In this document: piece by piece, positions 42,413-52,190 of the stretch
Position numbering within the stretch: the stretch's first letter is position 1
Layout of the letters: each line of letters opens with the position of its first letter
Assembly (NCBI GenBank): GCA_947456185.1
Contig: CANGPW010000001.1
Span: 17,884-81,883 of the forward strand
Reading direction: 5' to 3'
DNA from: Bacteroidota bacterium
GTDB taxonomy: Bacteria; Bacteroidota; Bacteroidia; UKL13-3
Length of the DNA stretch: 64,000 nt
Notes under the pieces: model-generated
What the model was told of the DNA's origin: nothing
Database searches by the model: none
What the model saw: only the letters and a program-made list of their open reading frames with translations
Program-made: the position numbers and the translations under genes

Positions 42413-43030
42413 ATGAAAATACTAACACTTTTATTTTTTATATCAGGATGTTGTCAGTTAAAATACGACAGCAAAGATTTTTTATTTAATGAAAATGAAT
42501 TGAGTTTTTTTAAAGCATATAAAGCGGGTGACACCATTTATTTTGAAAATCAATTTGGGAATATTGACACAATAGAAATAATTGAAATTACTCCTACAAA
42601 TGCTGAACCTAGAACTGCTTGTAGTGATGGAATTTTCATAAATCCAAAACCAACAAACTCAAAAGAAATAACCATTAAACATTTACCAATTGACAAGTGG
42701 CAGGGAGTAAATGAACAACATTATAATAACGGAAAAGTAAAAAAGTCAGACAACTATCAAACATTATTTTCAACAACAAAATTTTTAGTTGAAAAAGAAG
42801 TGGTTACAGAAATATCATTTAAAGACTTTCATTCAAGTTTATCACTAAATTCTATTTTCAATGACACCTTGACACTTAATAACAAAAAGTGGACTGCTTA
42901 TTTTATTGCAGCACATTCCTATCCAGAAAGAGTAAATGAAACATGGAAAATTAGCAAAGCATATTGGACGATAAATGAAGGTTTAATTGGATACGAAACA
43001 AAAGGCGGTCAAATATGGACAAAGAAATAA
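42413..43030 (+). CDS. Hypothetical lipoprotein (cassette-like gene)
   Basis: Lipobox ISGC; followed by an attC-like site. Confidence 0.75.
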   Translation: MKILTLLFFISGCCQLKYDSKDFLFNENELSFFKAYKAGDTIYFENQFGNIDTIEIIEITPTNAEPRTACSDGIFINPKPTNSKEITIKHLPIDKWQGVNEQHYNNGKVKKSDNYQTLFSTTKFLVEKEVVTEISFKDFHSSLSLNSIFNDTLTLNNKKWTAYFIAAHSYPERVNETWKISKAYWTINEGLIGYETKGGQIWTKK

Positions 43031-43057
43031 AAGAACTATAAGAAAATAAGCACAAAC

Positions 43058-43151
43058 ACCTAACACAGATTTGCGAAAAATGACGATGAAAAAGCTGAAA
43101 TATAAAAATACCTGATTTAACAAGTTTTGCAATTTGGGCTCAGTGTTATAA
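43058..43151 (+). mobile_element. attC-like recombination site B
   Basis: ACCTAACAC...TTGCGAAAA / TTTTGCAA...GTGTTATAA imperfect inverted ends, 27 nt after the stop codon. Confidence 0.6.
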
Positions 43152-43248
43152 TAATCCCGATTTTATCGGGATTATGCCAAAAAAAGGCCTTATGAACCCC
43201 AAATTGAGAAAAAAAGGAAGCTGAAAAGTGAATTTTACACGTTAAAGC

Positions 43249-43351
43249 ACATAACGTATTTTAAAAAATAATACCTTTACCAATCAGGCTTATCTCTCTA
43301 AAAATGGATAGGTATGACTGATAAAATCAGGGGTATATTTAAGTTATAGGC
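43249..43351 (+). mobile_element. attC-like recombination site C
   Basis: ACATAAC...TTAAAAAATAATACC / GGTATATTTAA-GTTATAGGC. Confidence 0.6.
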
Positions 43352-43627
43352 AATGTTGGACGACCGCTGAAGACGACAGTTTATAAAGTCATCGGTGGAC
43401 TGTCCATTACTCGACATCGAATTGACTTTGTGCAAAATTTGCAAGATTGCAACTTTTTACAAACTTTGTGCCGGTGGACAATCCTTCGCTGACTTTTAGA
43501 AAAAAATAATTGAACAGACAATCACCTAACAGAACCATATAACATTTCACGGGACAATGACACCAAAGCAAGTTGAACTGCCCGTCCTAAAATAGGTTGA
43601 CTAAAAATTAAACACATTTAGACAAAT

Positions 43628-44134
43628 ATGTATAGACAAATTGAAACAGAACGACTTTTAATAAGACCGATAAAAATTACTGATACGAGTTTTATCCTTG
43701 ACTTGTTAAACTCAGATGGTTGGTTGCAGTTTATAGGTGACAGAAAAGTTAAAAACGTTGTAGACGCTGAAAAATATATTCAAAACATTCTCGACAACGA
43801 GAAATTCTATTACAGTGTCTTTGAGCTTAAGGAAAGCAAACAAAAAGTTGGTATTATAACGTTTCTTTATCGAGACAACCAACAATTTCCCGACATTGGA
43901 TTTGCAATGCTACCAGAATTTGACAAAAAAGGTTACGCAATTGAAGCAACTAAGAAATATTTAGAAGAAATTGCAAATGAGAAAAAAGTAAATAAAGTCA
44001 TTGCGATAACTCTACCAGACAACTCAAAATCAATAAGACTTATAGAACGACTTGGACTTAAGTACGAGGACGAAATCCAAGACAACTCAAAAATTTTATA
44101 TTTATATTCGCGGACACTTTTTTACAATGAATAG
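43628..44134 (+). CDS. GNAT family (RimJ/RimL-like) N-acetyltransferase, cassette gene
   Basis: IETERLLIRP, DIGFAML...KGYAIEA and N.KSIRLIERLG motifs. Confidence 0.92.
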   Translation: MYRQIETERLLIRPIKITDTSFILDLLNSDGWLQFIGDRKVKNVVDAEKYIQNILDNEKFYYSVFELKESKQKVGIITFLYRDNQQFPDIGFAMLPEFDKKGYAIEATKKYLEEIANEKKVNKVIAITLPDNSKSIRLIERLGLKYEDEIQDNSKILYLYSRTLFYNE

Positions 44135-44150
44135 AAAGACAAGAAACACA

Positions 44151-44284
44151 GCCTATAACAGTACATTGGCAATAGGCGGGGTTTCGTCTCCGCTTGACAG
44201 TTTTGTGGTAGCAGAAAGTTCAGGTCTCCGAACAAACTTCTGTGCTGAAAAGCCCGCCCATCGCCAATCTGCAAAACGTTAAAA
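44151..44284 (+). mobile_element. attC-like recombination site D
   Basis: GCCTATAAC...ATTGGC..GGCGGG / CCCGCC..GCCAAT...GTTAAAA hairpin with bulges, 16 nt after the GNAT stop. Confidence 0.75.
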
Positions 44285-44367
44285 GGAACACGCCAAATGC
44301 GTGCGCTAACCATGGGGACAAACCCTTATTAAAAGCAATCCTAATTCAACAATTAAAAAATGCATAA

Positions 44368-45636
44368 ATGAAAAAACAGCTAATAATCACATTGCTATCA
44401 ATCATTTTATTTTCAATAAAAAATGAGGCTGATGCTCAAACACCTTTTGGAGTTAATTTAGCTGGGGCTGATTTTGGGACTAATTTTCCTGGAACCAATA
44501 ATGTTGATTACACTTATCCTACCAGTATAGAATTAGATTACTATCATACCAAAGGATTAAATTTAATTAGATTACCAATTAAGTGGGAAAGAATTCAGCC
44601 TGTTTTAAATGGTAATATAAATGAATCTGAATTATTAAGAATAAAAAATTTCTTGTTATTGGCACAAAATCGAAATATGAATGTAATAATTGACCTTCAT
44701 AATTATTGCAGATATCATACAAATGGAACAGACAGAATTATAGGGTCGAATGAATTAAGTATTGCTAACATCAAAAATTTATGGACAAAACTATCATTAG
44801 CATTAAATAACTATACTAATATTTGGGCTTATGGTATCATGAACGAACCCCATGATTTATTAGTAAATGCAACGTGGTTCGAAATTGCTCAAGAAATTAT
44901 TAATGGTATTAGAATAAACGATCTTAAAACAAGCATATTGGTAGCTGGAGATAGTTATAGTTCGGCCGAACGTTGGATGCAATATAGCAATAATTTAAAA
45001 AACCTTTCCGACCCCTCCAACAAACTAATTTTTGAAGCTCATGTATATTTTGATCAAGACGCCTCAGGTTTATATGTTAATAATTATGAAAATGAAGGGG
45101 CTTATCCAAATATTGGAATTGATAGAGTAAAACCTTTTGTAAACTGGCTTTCCATCAATAATCTTAATGGTTTTATTGGAGAATATGGCGTACCAGCAAA
45201 CGATAGCCGTTGGTTAGTAGTGCTCAATAATTTCTTAAGTTATATAAAAGCAAATTGTATTAATGGCACCTATTGGGCAGGCGGTCCTTGGTGGGGTAAT
45301 TATATACTTTCTTTAGAACCTGCACTTGGTTTAGATAAACCACAAATGAATACTTTGCTTAATCACCTTAATACAAACGCAAGTTGTACTGCTTTAAATA
45401 TTAAAGATGAAACCCTTCCTTTGAATCATTATCATTTTTCACCAAACCCTTTCCTTGACCTTATAAATATAAGCGGAATTGAGGAAGGTGAAAGTATAAA
45501 TATTTATGATACTAATGGTTCATTTATGAATACTCGAAAAGTGATTAATGCTAGAATTGAAAATCTAGGAGATTTAAAATCAGGCGTATATTTGCTTAAA
45601 TATAAAGGTTTCCTAATTTCTAAAATGATTAAATAA
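44368..45636 (+). CDS. GH5 endoglucanase with T9SS C-terminal domain
   Basis: GVNLAGADFG, RLPIKWER, DLHNY, MNEPH (acid/base) and IGEYG (nucleophile); SPNPF...SGVYLL CTD. Confidence 0.92.
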   Translation: MKKQLIITLLSIILFSIKNEADAQTPFGVNLAGADFGTNFPGTNNVDYTYPTSIELDYYHTKGLNLIRLPIKWERIQPVLNGNINESELLRIKNFLLLAQNRNMNVIIDLHNYCRYHTNGTDRIIGSNELSIANIKNLWTKLSLALNNYTNIWAYGIMNEPHDLLVNATWFEIAQEIINGIRINDLKTSILVAGDSYSSAERWMQYSNNLKNLSDPSNKLIFEAHVYFDQDASGLYVNNYENEGAYPNIGIDRVKPFVNWLSINNLNGFIGEYGVPANDSRWLVVLNNFLSYIKANCINGTYWAGGPWWGNYILSLEPALGLDKPQMNTLLNHLNTNASCTALNIKDETLPLNHYHFSPNPFLDLINISGIEEGESINIYDTNGSFMNTRKVINARIENLGDLKSGVYLLKYKGFLISKMIK

Positions 45637-45656
45637 AAAACTTAAAAAAATAAAAC

Positions 45657-47255
45657 ATGCGCACAACCATTTTATTTTTACTTTTATTCTTTTGTGTCAA
45701 ATTATTTGCTCAAAACCAGATTTCACAAGACAATTTTGAAGGAACCAGCAGTATTACTTCTTGGTTTGGTGATAATTGTATGATAGACACTAGTTTCACC
45801 AACCCTTATCCAATTGCAATGAACACCTCTGCTAAAGTTTTAAAATATGCAGATGTTGGCGAACTGTTTGCTAATGTTCGCTTTGATGCTGGATTCAATT
45901 TTAATTTATTAACAAGTAGTGTGTTTTCCTTAAAAATTTATGTGCCTTCTGATGGAATTACTGGAAACCAAAACAATCAAATTTCCTTAAAGCTTCAAAA
46001 TGGTTCTTTAGTTGAACCTTGGTCAACTCAGTGTGAAATTATTAAGCCCATACTTTTGAACCAATGGCAAACCATTACATTTAATTTTGCGAAAGATCCT
46101 TTTATTAATTTAGATCCCAATTCCCTCAATCCACTAAATAGATGGGATTTTAGCCGAGTTCTAATTCAAGTAAATGGAGAAAATAATAACTCAAATGTGC
46201 TAGCATACATTGATGATTTTTTATATGTTGGAGCAAATACTACTTGTAACAAATTGGTTTGGAGCGATGAATTTGACGGAAATGGAGTTGTAAATAGTTC
46301 AAAATGGTTTCATCAAACACAACTACCCAATGGAATTAGTTGGTACAATAATGAATTACAACATTATACAAATAGTGCAATTAATTCGTATCGAAATAAT
46401 GGAATTTTAAATATTGTAGCTAAAAGAGAAGAATTTACAAATCAAGGACAAACAAAACAATATACCTCTGCTAGATTAAATTCGAAATTTGCTTTTAAAT
46501 ACGGACGAGTAGAAGTGCGTGCTAAATTACCTACAGGAGCTGGAACATGGCCCGCCATATGGATGCTTGGTAAAAACATTAAAGAACCAGGTGGTTTTTG
46601 GACTAGTAAATATGGAACAGTAAATTGGCCTGCATGCGGAGAAATAGATATTATGGAACATTGGGGAAGCAATCAAAATGTGATCTCTAGTGCGGTGCAT
46701 CATCCTATAGATGGAGATTTATCCATTGGTGAATACATAGCAAATGAACAATACAAGTCAAATGTTTCTAACGAATTTAATATTTATGCTGTTGAATGGA
46801 ATGAACAAAGTATCACATTTAGTGTGAATGGAATTAACCATTTAAGTTATAATCCTATTATTAAAAACGAATACACCTGGCCTTTTGATGCCGAACAATA
46901 CCTGCTTTTAAATGTGGCAATTGAACCAAGAGTAACAATAAATTTTGCAGAATCAACTATGGAAATTGATTATGTAAGAGTTTACCAACAAAATGTATTG
47001 AACGTTGTTAACCAATCTAATTTCTCTAAAATTAAATTATTTCCAAATCCTGTTACCAACAAATTAACCATAGAACGCAATGAAAATTCAAACGCTACAG
47101 CCGAAATATATTCATTATTGGGGCAAAAATTATATACCTGTATTTTAAAAGAAGAAAATACAAATATTGATTTAGCAGATTTTCAAAACGGAATTTATTT
47201 TGTTTTAATCACATCCGAAAAAGGAATAAATACCTATAAAATAGTTAAAAAATAA
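45657..47255 (+). CDS. GH16 beta-glucanase (laminarinase-like) with N-terminal CBM-like domain and T9SS CTD
   Basis: LVWSDEF, YTSARL, WPAIWML, GEIDIME catalytic motif, DYVRVYQ; FPNP...GIYFV CTD. Confidence 0.93.
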   Translation: MRTTILFLLLFFCVKLFAQNQISQDNFEGTSSITSWFGDNCMIDTSFTNPYPIAMNTSAKVLKYADVGELFANVRFDAGFNFNLLTSSVFSLKIYVPSDGITGNQNNQISLKLQNGSLVEPWSTQCEIIKPILLNQWQTITFNFAKDPFINLDPNSLNPLNRWDFSRVLIQVNGENNNSNVLAYIDDFLYVGANTTCNKLVWSDEFDGNGVVNSSKWFHQTQLPNGISWYNNELQHYTNSAINSYRNNGILNIVAKREEFTNQGQTKQYTSARLNSKFAFKYGRVEVRAKLPTGAGTWPAIWMLGKNIKEPGGFWTSKYGTVNWPACGEIDIMEHWGSNQNVISSAVHHPIDGDLSIGEYIANEQYKSNVSNEFNIYAVEWNEQSITFSVNGINHLSYNPIIKNEYTWPFDAEQYLLLNVAIEPRVTINFAESTMEIDYVRVYQQNVLNVVNQSNFSKIKLFPNPVTNKLTIERNENSNATAEIYSLLGQKLYTCILKEENTNIDLADFQNGIYFVLITSEKGINTYKIVKK

Positions 47256-47476
47256 TAGCTTATTCATGCTAACATCAAGCGCTTAAATAATCCCTGCTAG
47301 CGCAGGAGCAAAACCTAAAACGCTGGTTCACATCCGAAAGCTTTCGGACTGTGTAGTGGACAAACCAACTAAAGTCAAAAAAATTAGTTATGAAGTAAAT
47401 TAATTTCTTGTAGTTATTGCAAAACCTTTATTATGTTTTGTTAACATCACACGCCAAATGCGTTCGCTAGCCTTGA

Positions 47477-47599
47477 GCGTTGGCCTGGTGTAGCTTCGTT
47501 CACTGAGCCTGTTGAAGTGTTGTCTAGTCCCGACACATCGGGATTGCATACTTTTTCAGCAATGGAAAAAGTATGAAGAGAAAAAGGAGAATGATTGAT
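47477..47599 (+). repeat. ~120-bp composite repeat copy A
   Basis: Colinear with 49928-50045. Confidence 0.85.
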
Positions 47600-47622
47600 G
47601 TTTTTAAAATATATATCAATGA

Positions 47623-48001
47623 TGGTTATAAGGAAAGAAGATGCCTGCGGCATGACGATTGTTGATGTTAGTATTTTTCATACTCCATACTTTATACTTT
47701 CCCGATGTGTCGGGACATCATGCTTAAAAAATTACGTGTCTGGATTCGGCAGGCTCACCATGACAAAGAAAATATAAAACTCTATGATGCTTATAAGGAA
47801 AGAAGACTGTGTCAGTTTACCAACTGATGCCTACGGCTTGGCTTATTTTGGTGTTTTTTTTGGCTGCTGGTAAATGGCTGTTTGTATTTTAGTATTTCGA
47901 TATTTGAATTTCGAATTTAATTTTTTCATACTTCATACTTTATCATTCATTCATGAGATTGCTTTCCCGCTTAGGCTGGATAGGCAGAGCCTCGCAATGA
48001 C
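47623..48001 (+). repeat. Mosaic of REP-like and heptamer repeats
   Basis: TTATAAGGAAAGAAGA at 47626, 47791 and 52297; 47889-47940 matches 52333-52384; GAGATTGC...CTCGCAATGAC. Confidence 0.75.
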
Positions 48002-48084
48002 GTTTGTTGTTTTCACCGAACACTTGCAAGAAAACATAAAGTTTGTATCAGAAAATTAGAAAATAAAAACGCTAATTTTGTCCA

Positions 48085-48564
48085 ATGGGAAAATCAAATT
48101 TTGAACGCATGTTGGAATTGGCCGAAGAGGTGTTTGCAAGTAAAAATGATCCGAATCAATTGGATGTGAATGAAGAGGTGATGGAACAATTGCAGCGCAT
48201 TCATCCCGAAAGCATTGCAGAATTTGATAATGGACATGGTCCCATTTGCTGGATTATACAAATTCCTACTACCCGCCAACTCATGGAACAATTTTTAGCC
48301 AATGAAATATCCGAAAAACAGCTTTTTGAATTAACACCTTTAAATGTTCCTTATCAGGCGGTTTATTTATGTTCGGGCATGGTGTTAGAAGAATTCCGAA
48401 GAAAAGGAATTGCTAAAAAATTGGCCTTCGATGCACTTTCAAAAATCCGCGAATCACATCCCATTGAATCACTTTTTGTATGGGCATTTACCCAAGATGG
48501 TGATATAGCTTCTGAATCGTTGGCCAAACTCAGTGGATTGTCTTTGTTTAAAAAAGTGGGTTAG
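48085..48564 (+). CDS. Hypothetical protein, GNAT-like
   Basis: VLEEFRRKGIAKKL resembles acetyl-CoA binding motif A. Confidence 0.7.
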   Translation: MGKSNFERMLELAEEVFASKNDPNQLDVNEEVMEQLQRIHPESIAEFDNGHGPICWIIQIPTTRQLMEQFLANEISEKQLFELTPLNVPYQAVYLCSGMVLEEFRRKGIAKKLAFDALSKIRESHPIESLFVWAFTQDGDIASESLAKLSGLSLFKKVG

Positions 48565-48620
48565 CTTTTTTGAAAAGAAAATACATAGACAATGTTTCAA
48601 ATACAAAAATTATATATGCA

Positions 48621-49622
48621 ATGTCAATACAACAAAACAATTCCAACGTTCCTGTTTTAAATTCATTACGAGCCTTTGCCGCCATTTCTGTTTGTCTCTT
48701 TCACTTTGTTTATACCACAACAGATTTCATACATACTACATGGATTTTAAATATTTTTAGCGTTGGAAAATATGGTGTTCAAATGTTTTTTGTCATTTCA
48801 GGTTTTATTATTCCTTGGTCTATGTATCAAGCAAAATTTGAAATACGACATTTTTTCAAATTTGCATTGAAACGATTTTTAAGATTAGAGCCACCCTATA
48901 TTGCCTCTATATTCATTGCAATTGTTATTTTTTTAGGACGCGATTATTTTTTGAATCTCAACAATTTTAAGACAGAAGTAACCTCACCCCGAATCTTGTT
49001 ACACTTTGGCTACCTGATACCTTTTTTTGAAAATTACAATTGGTTTAACAAAGTATATTGGACTTTAGCAATCGAATTTCAATACTATTTCTTTATCGCT
49101 TTATTGTTTGTTCCACTTATTAATTCAAATCTTCTTTTAAGAATAATTATTGGTATAAGTGTTATTGCTTTGAGTTTTATAGGACAGGGAGATTTTTTGC
49201 CATACTGGTTACCTGTTTTTTATATTGGCATTACAGTTTTTATGTTTAAAGGTAACAAATCAATTACCCAATATGAATTTTGGATTACATTGTTCCTGCT
49301 AGTATTTTTTTGCATATATAAATATGCTTTTGCTTCGGTTGTTTATATGATTATTCCAGTAATAGCAATTGTGTTTTTTAATCAATATAAAATTCCTGTT
49401 TTAAATTTTTTTGGTAAAATTTCGTATTCAATTTATATAATAGGCGGCACTATTGGCGGCACTTGTGTTAACATTTTAGCTCACAGTAATAAAACAGACT
49501 TAGGTAAATTCTTTGTTATTATTGCAGGTCTTACCATTACTTTAATTTCGGCTCATATTTCATACTTTTTAATTGAAAAACCTTCAAAAAAAATAGCTTC
49601 ATCTATCAAGTATAAAAAATAA
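48621..49622 (+). CDS. Acyltransferase-3 (OafA-like) membrane O-acyltransferase
   Basis: LRAFAAISVCLFH, GVQMFFVISGF, WTLAIEFQYY, GKISYSIY and IEKP motifs. Confidence 0.92.
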   Translation: MSIQQNNSNVPVLNSLRAFAAISVCLFHFVYTTTDFIHTTWILNIFSVGKYGVQMFFVISGFIIPWSMYQAKFEIRHFFKFALKRFLRLEPPYIASIFIAIVIFLGRDYFLNLNNFKTEVTSPRILLHFGYLIPFFENYNWFNKVYWTLAIEFQYYFFIALLFVPLINSNLLLRIIIGISVIALSFIGQGDFLPYWLPVFYIGITVFMFKGNKSITQYEFWITLFLLVFFCIYKYAFASVVYMIIPVIAIVFFNQYKIPVLNFFGKISYSIYIIGGTIGGTCVNILAHSNKTDLGKFFVIIAGLTITLISAHISYFLIEKPSKKIASSIKYKK

Positions 49623-49757
49623 AATACACGATAAATATATAGAAAATAAAAATTTTGTCCGTGATTGGTGTCCTCACCAAACTACAACTATGGTTTACAT
49701 GTTCGTTGAAAACACCGACTATAGGCAAATATTAATAGCAATTGTCTGAGGTGTAAC

Positions 49758-49882
49758 TGCTCCCTCCCTATTAAGGGAGGGATGGGGTGGGTGTTATTAA
49801 AACACCTCCCCGAAAGCTTTTGCTTTCGACTCTCCTTAATAGGAGGGTGTTCATTGCCTATAAGTTCGAGCGGAGTCGAGAA
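49758..49882. repeat. Cluster of GC-rich REP-like palindromes
   Basis: CCCTCCCT-ATTA-AGGGAGGG; CGAAAGC-TTTT-GCTTTCG; GAGCGGAGTCGAGA. Confidence 0.6.
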
Positions 49883-49927
49883 CCTTTTAGTTGGTTTAGG
49901 CGAAAATAAACACTTGTTATTTGGCGT

Positions 49928-50045
49928 GCGTTGGCTCGGTGTAGCTTCGTTCACTGAGCCAGTCGAAGTGTTGGCTAGTCCTGACTTGCAGGATTACTTT
50001 TTCAGCAATGGAAAATGTATGAAGAAAAAAAGGAGAATGATTGAT
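49928..50045 (+). repeat. ~120-bp composite repeat copy B
   Basis: Colinear with 47477-47599. Confidence 0.85.
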
Positions 50046-50091
50046 TTTAAAAAGAAAAATATTATTTTTGATTAAAATTCAAAATTAATAC

Positions 50092-50583
50092 ATGAAAAAA
50101 ATCCTTTTTATCACCATACTACCTATTTTTTTATTTTCTTGTAAAAATCAAAAAGTAACAAGTATTGAATTGAATAACGTTCAATTAACAGCAGAAGGCC
50201 CCTACTATGAAGGACCTAATTCATTTCAGGAAATAATTTTAAACTCACTAAAAAACAACAATATCAATCCTGAAAGCGTTGAAAAAATTGAGTTAACATC
50301 TGCTATTCTTATTTTGCCTGATAGCATTGAAGATGGTTTGATTCAAGATTTTTCATTGCAATTGGTTAGCAATACTTCCGAAATGAAAAAGGTAGCATTT
50401 ATTAATCCAATACCTACAGGTAAAAAAGAAATACCATTAACCATTGCTCAGGAGCAAGATGGCATTGATGAAATATTTTCAAAAGAAGAATTCACCGCTT
50501 TATTAGACGCTAATTTTTCAAAAGATGTAGAAACTAACATCGCATTTAAAGCAAAACTAACATTTAATATTACCACTCACTAA
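50092..50583 (+). CDS. Hypothetical lipoprotein
   Basis: Lipobox LFSC. Confidence 0.8.
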   Translation: MKKILFITILPIFLFSCKNQKVTSIELNNVQLTAEGPYYEGPNSFQEIILNSLKNNNINPESVEKIELTSAILILPDSIEDGLIQDFSLQLVSNTSEMKKVAFINPIPTGKKEIPLTIAQEQDGIDEIFSKEEFTALLDANFSKDVETNIAFKAKLTFNITTH

Positions 50584-50594
50584 ACAAAAAACAC

Positions 50595-51053
50595 ATGAAA
50601 ACAACAGCAAAATTATTATCGATATTATTTTTATTGACGCTCATTTTTTCTTTTACCTTAGAAGATGAAGGAGACAGACTTGTAGGAGTTTGGGAGCCAA
50701 GTAGCGGAAAAGCAAGAGTTAAAGTTGAAAAAATTGGCAACAAGTATTATGGAAAAATTGTATGGTTAAAAGAGTCGTCAGATCCAGTTACGCAAAAACC
50801 AAAGGTTGATAAAAATAATCCTGATGCATCCATGCAAAATGTTCCATTAAAAGGATACAGGTTATTAAAGGATTTTGTTTATTCTGGTAAAAATGAATGG
50901 ACAGAAGGAACCATTTATGACCCTGAAAATGGCAGTACTTACAGTTGTTTAATTACTATGAAAGATAAAAACACTTTAGATATTAGAGGTTATATTGGTG
51001 TAAAAGCACTGGGAAGAACAGATGTTTGGAAACGATTGGAATTAAAAAAATAA
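50595..51053 (+). CDS. DUF2147 domain protein
   Basis: GKIVWL, D.NNPD, W..GTIYDPENGSTY and RGYIG..LGRT.VW.R motifs. Confidence 0.9.
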   Translation: MKTTAKLLSILFLLTLIFSFTLEDEGDRLVGVWEPSSGKARVKVEKIGNKYYGKIVWLKESSDPVTQKPKVDKNNPDASMQNVPLKGYRLLKDFVYSGKNEWTEGTIYDPENGSTYSCLITMKDKNTLDIRGYIGVKALGRTDVWKRLELKK

Positions 51054-51056
51054 TCA

Positions 51057-52160
51057 ATGAAATATTATATAATACTATTATTTTTTTTTATAGGTTCAGC
51101 TTTGTTTGCACAAACAGACTCTACCCAAAAAGTAGAAGAGGAAGAGGATTATTCAGTATATGAAAACGCCACTTCCTCCGATGGTCAAAACAAGACATTT
51201 TGTAACCCAAAAATTTTTGATTTAAGTCCTGCACGTTTTATTTCAATAGCATGGGATCAGCAGTTGCCCTATGATATGAAATTATCACAATTGGGTTCCT
51301 ATTCAAAAGACTCAACCAATGTGGTTCCTTATGAAACTGCAAATGCAAATAGCACATCAGGATTAAGGTTATTTGCAAATATTCCTGTAATATCAAGCAA
51401 CAAATTTTTATGGCAATTGGGGCTAAATTATTGGAATATGAAATATGTATTTTCAGAAAAAATAACTCCAACTCCAAATGCAAGTTTAATTCAGCAACTT
51501 CAAAATGATGGTTTAACTACCATGGGATTGCACAGCACTGTTTATAAACCACTGAATGATAAGCAATTTATTTTGATGCAAGTTTCGGCCGATTTGAGCG
51601 GAAATTATACATTTTCAAATATTCAGGATTTAAAATATACCAAATATTCGGCATCAATACTTTGGGGTAAACGCCCAAATGATAGAAAGCAATGGGCAGT
51701 AGGTTTAACCAGAACTTACAGGGTGGGTCAGCTAAATTTTTTACCCATTGTTTTATATAATTGGACTGCTCCAAATAGAAAATGGGGTACCGAAATATTA
51801 TTTCCAGCCCGTGTACATGTAAGAAAAAATTTCAATGCTCGAAGTTTAGTAATGGCAGGATATGAATTAGAAGGTCAAAGTTATAGAATAGGAGGAGTTG
51901 CGTTGCCAGTGGACAAAGAGCTTGAATTAAGAAGGGGAGAATTAAGATTAAGATTGGAATACCAACGTCAATTGATGGGTTTTATTTGGGGAACTATTCA
52001 AGCAGGCTATCGTTTTAATTATTCTTATAATGCTGATTATAATGAAAAAGATGGAGCTGATTTTTTTAGAGGATTTGTAGGCACACAAGAATATGCCATG
52101 ATCAATAAATTAGGAGGCGCACCCTATTTTAATATTGGAATTCATTTAGTAAGTCCATAA
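51057..52160 (+). CDS. Outer-membrane beta-barrel protein (DUF6268-like)
   Basis: Signal peptide; LPIVLYNW...W.TEILFP motif; alternating beta-strands. Confidence 0.7.
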   Translation: MKYYIILLFFFIGSALFAQTDSTQKVEEEEDYSVYENATSSDGQNKTFCNPKIFDLSPARFISIAWDQQLPYDMKLSQLGSYSKDSTNVVPYETANANSTSGLRLFANIPVISSNKFLWQLGLNYWNMKYVFSEKITPTPNASLIQQLQNDGLTTMGLHSTVYKPLNDKQFILMQVSADLSGNYTFSNIQDLKYTKYSASILWGKRPNDRKQWAVGLTRTYRVGQLNFLPIVLYNWTAPNRKWGTEILFPARVHVRKNFNARSLVMAGYELEGQSYRIGGVALPVDKELELRRGELRLRLEYQRQLMGFIWGTIQAGYRFNYSYNADYNEKDGADFFRGFVGTQEYAMINKLGGAPYFNIGIHLVSP

Positions 52161-52190
52161 GTAAAAGCGATAAATAAAATTGGTTTTTTA

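Noticed and set aside
44052..44313. Short ORFs 44052-44282 (+) and 44122-44313 (-)
   Set aside because: They are translations of the attC-like hairpin
47265..47395. Fourth attC-like site after GH16 (TGCTAAC...GTTATGA)
   Set aside because: Inner arms do not pair convincingly, and its left end does not complement the GTTAAAAGG start of the GH5-GH16 block
47447..50075. Short ORFs in repeat spacers (47447, 47595, 47874, 49688, 49782)
   Set aside because: They overlap composite repeats and have no protein-like features
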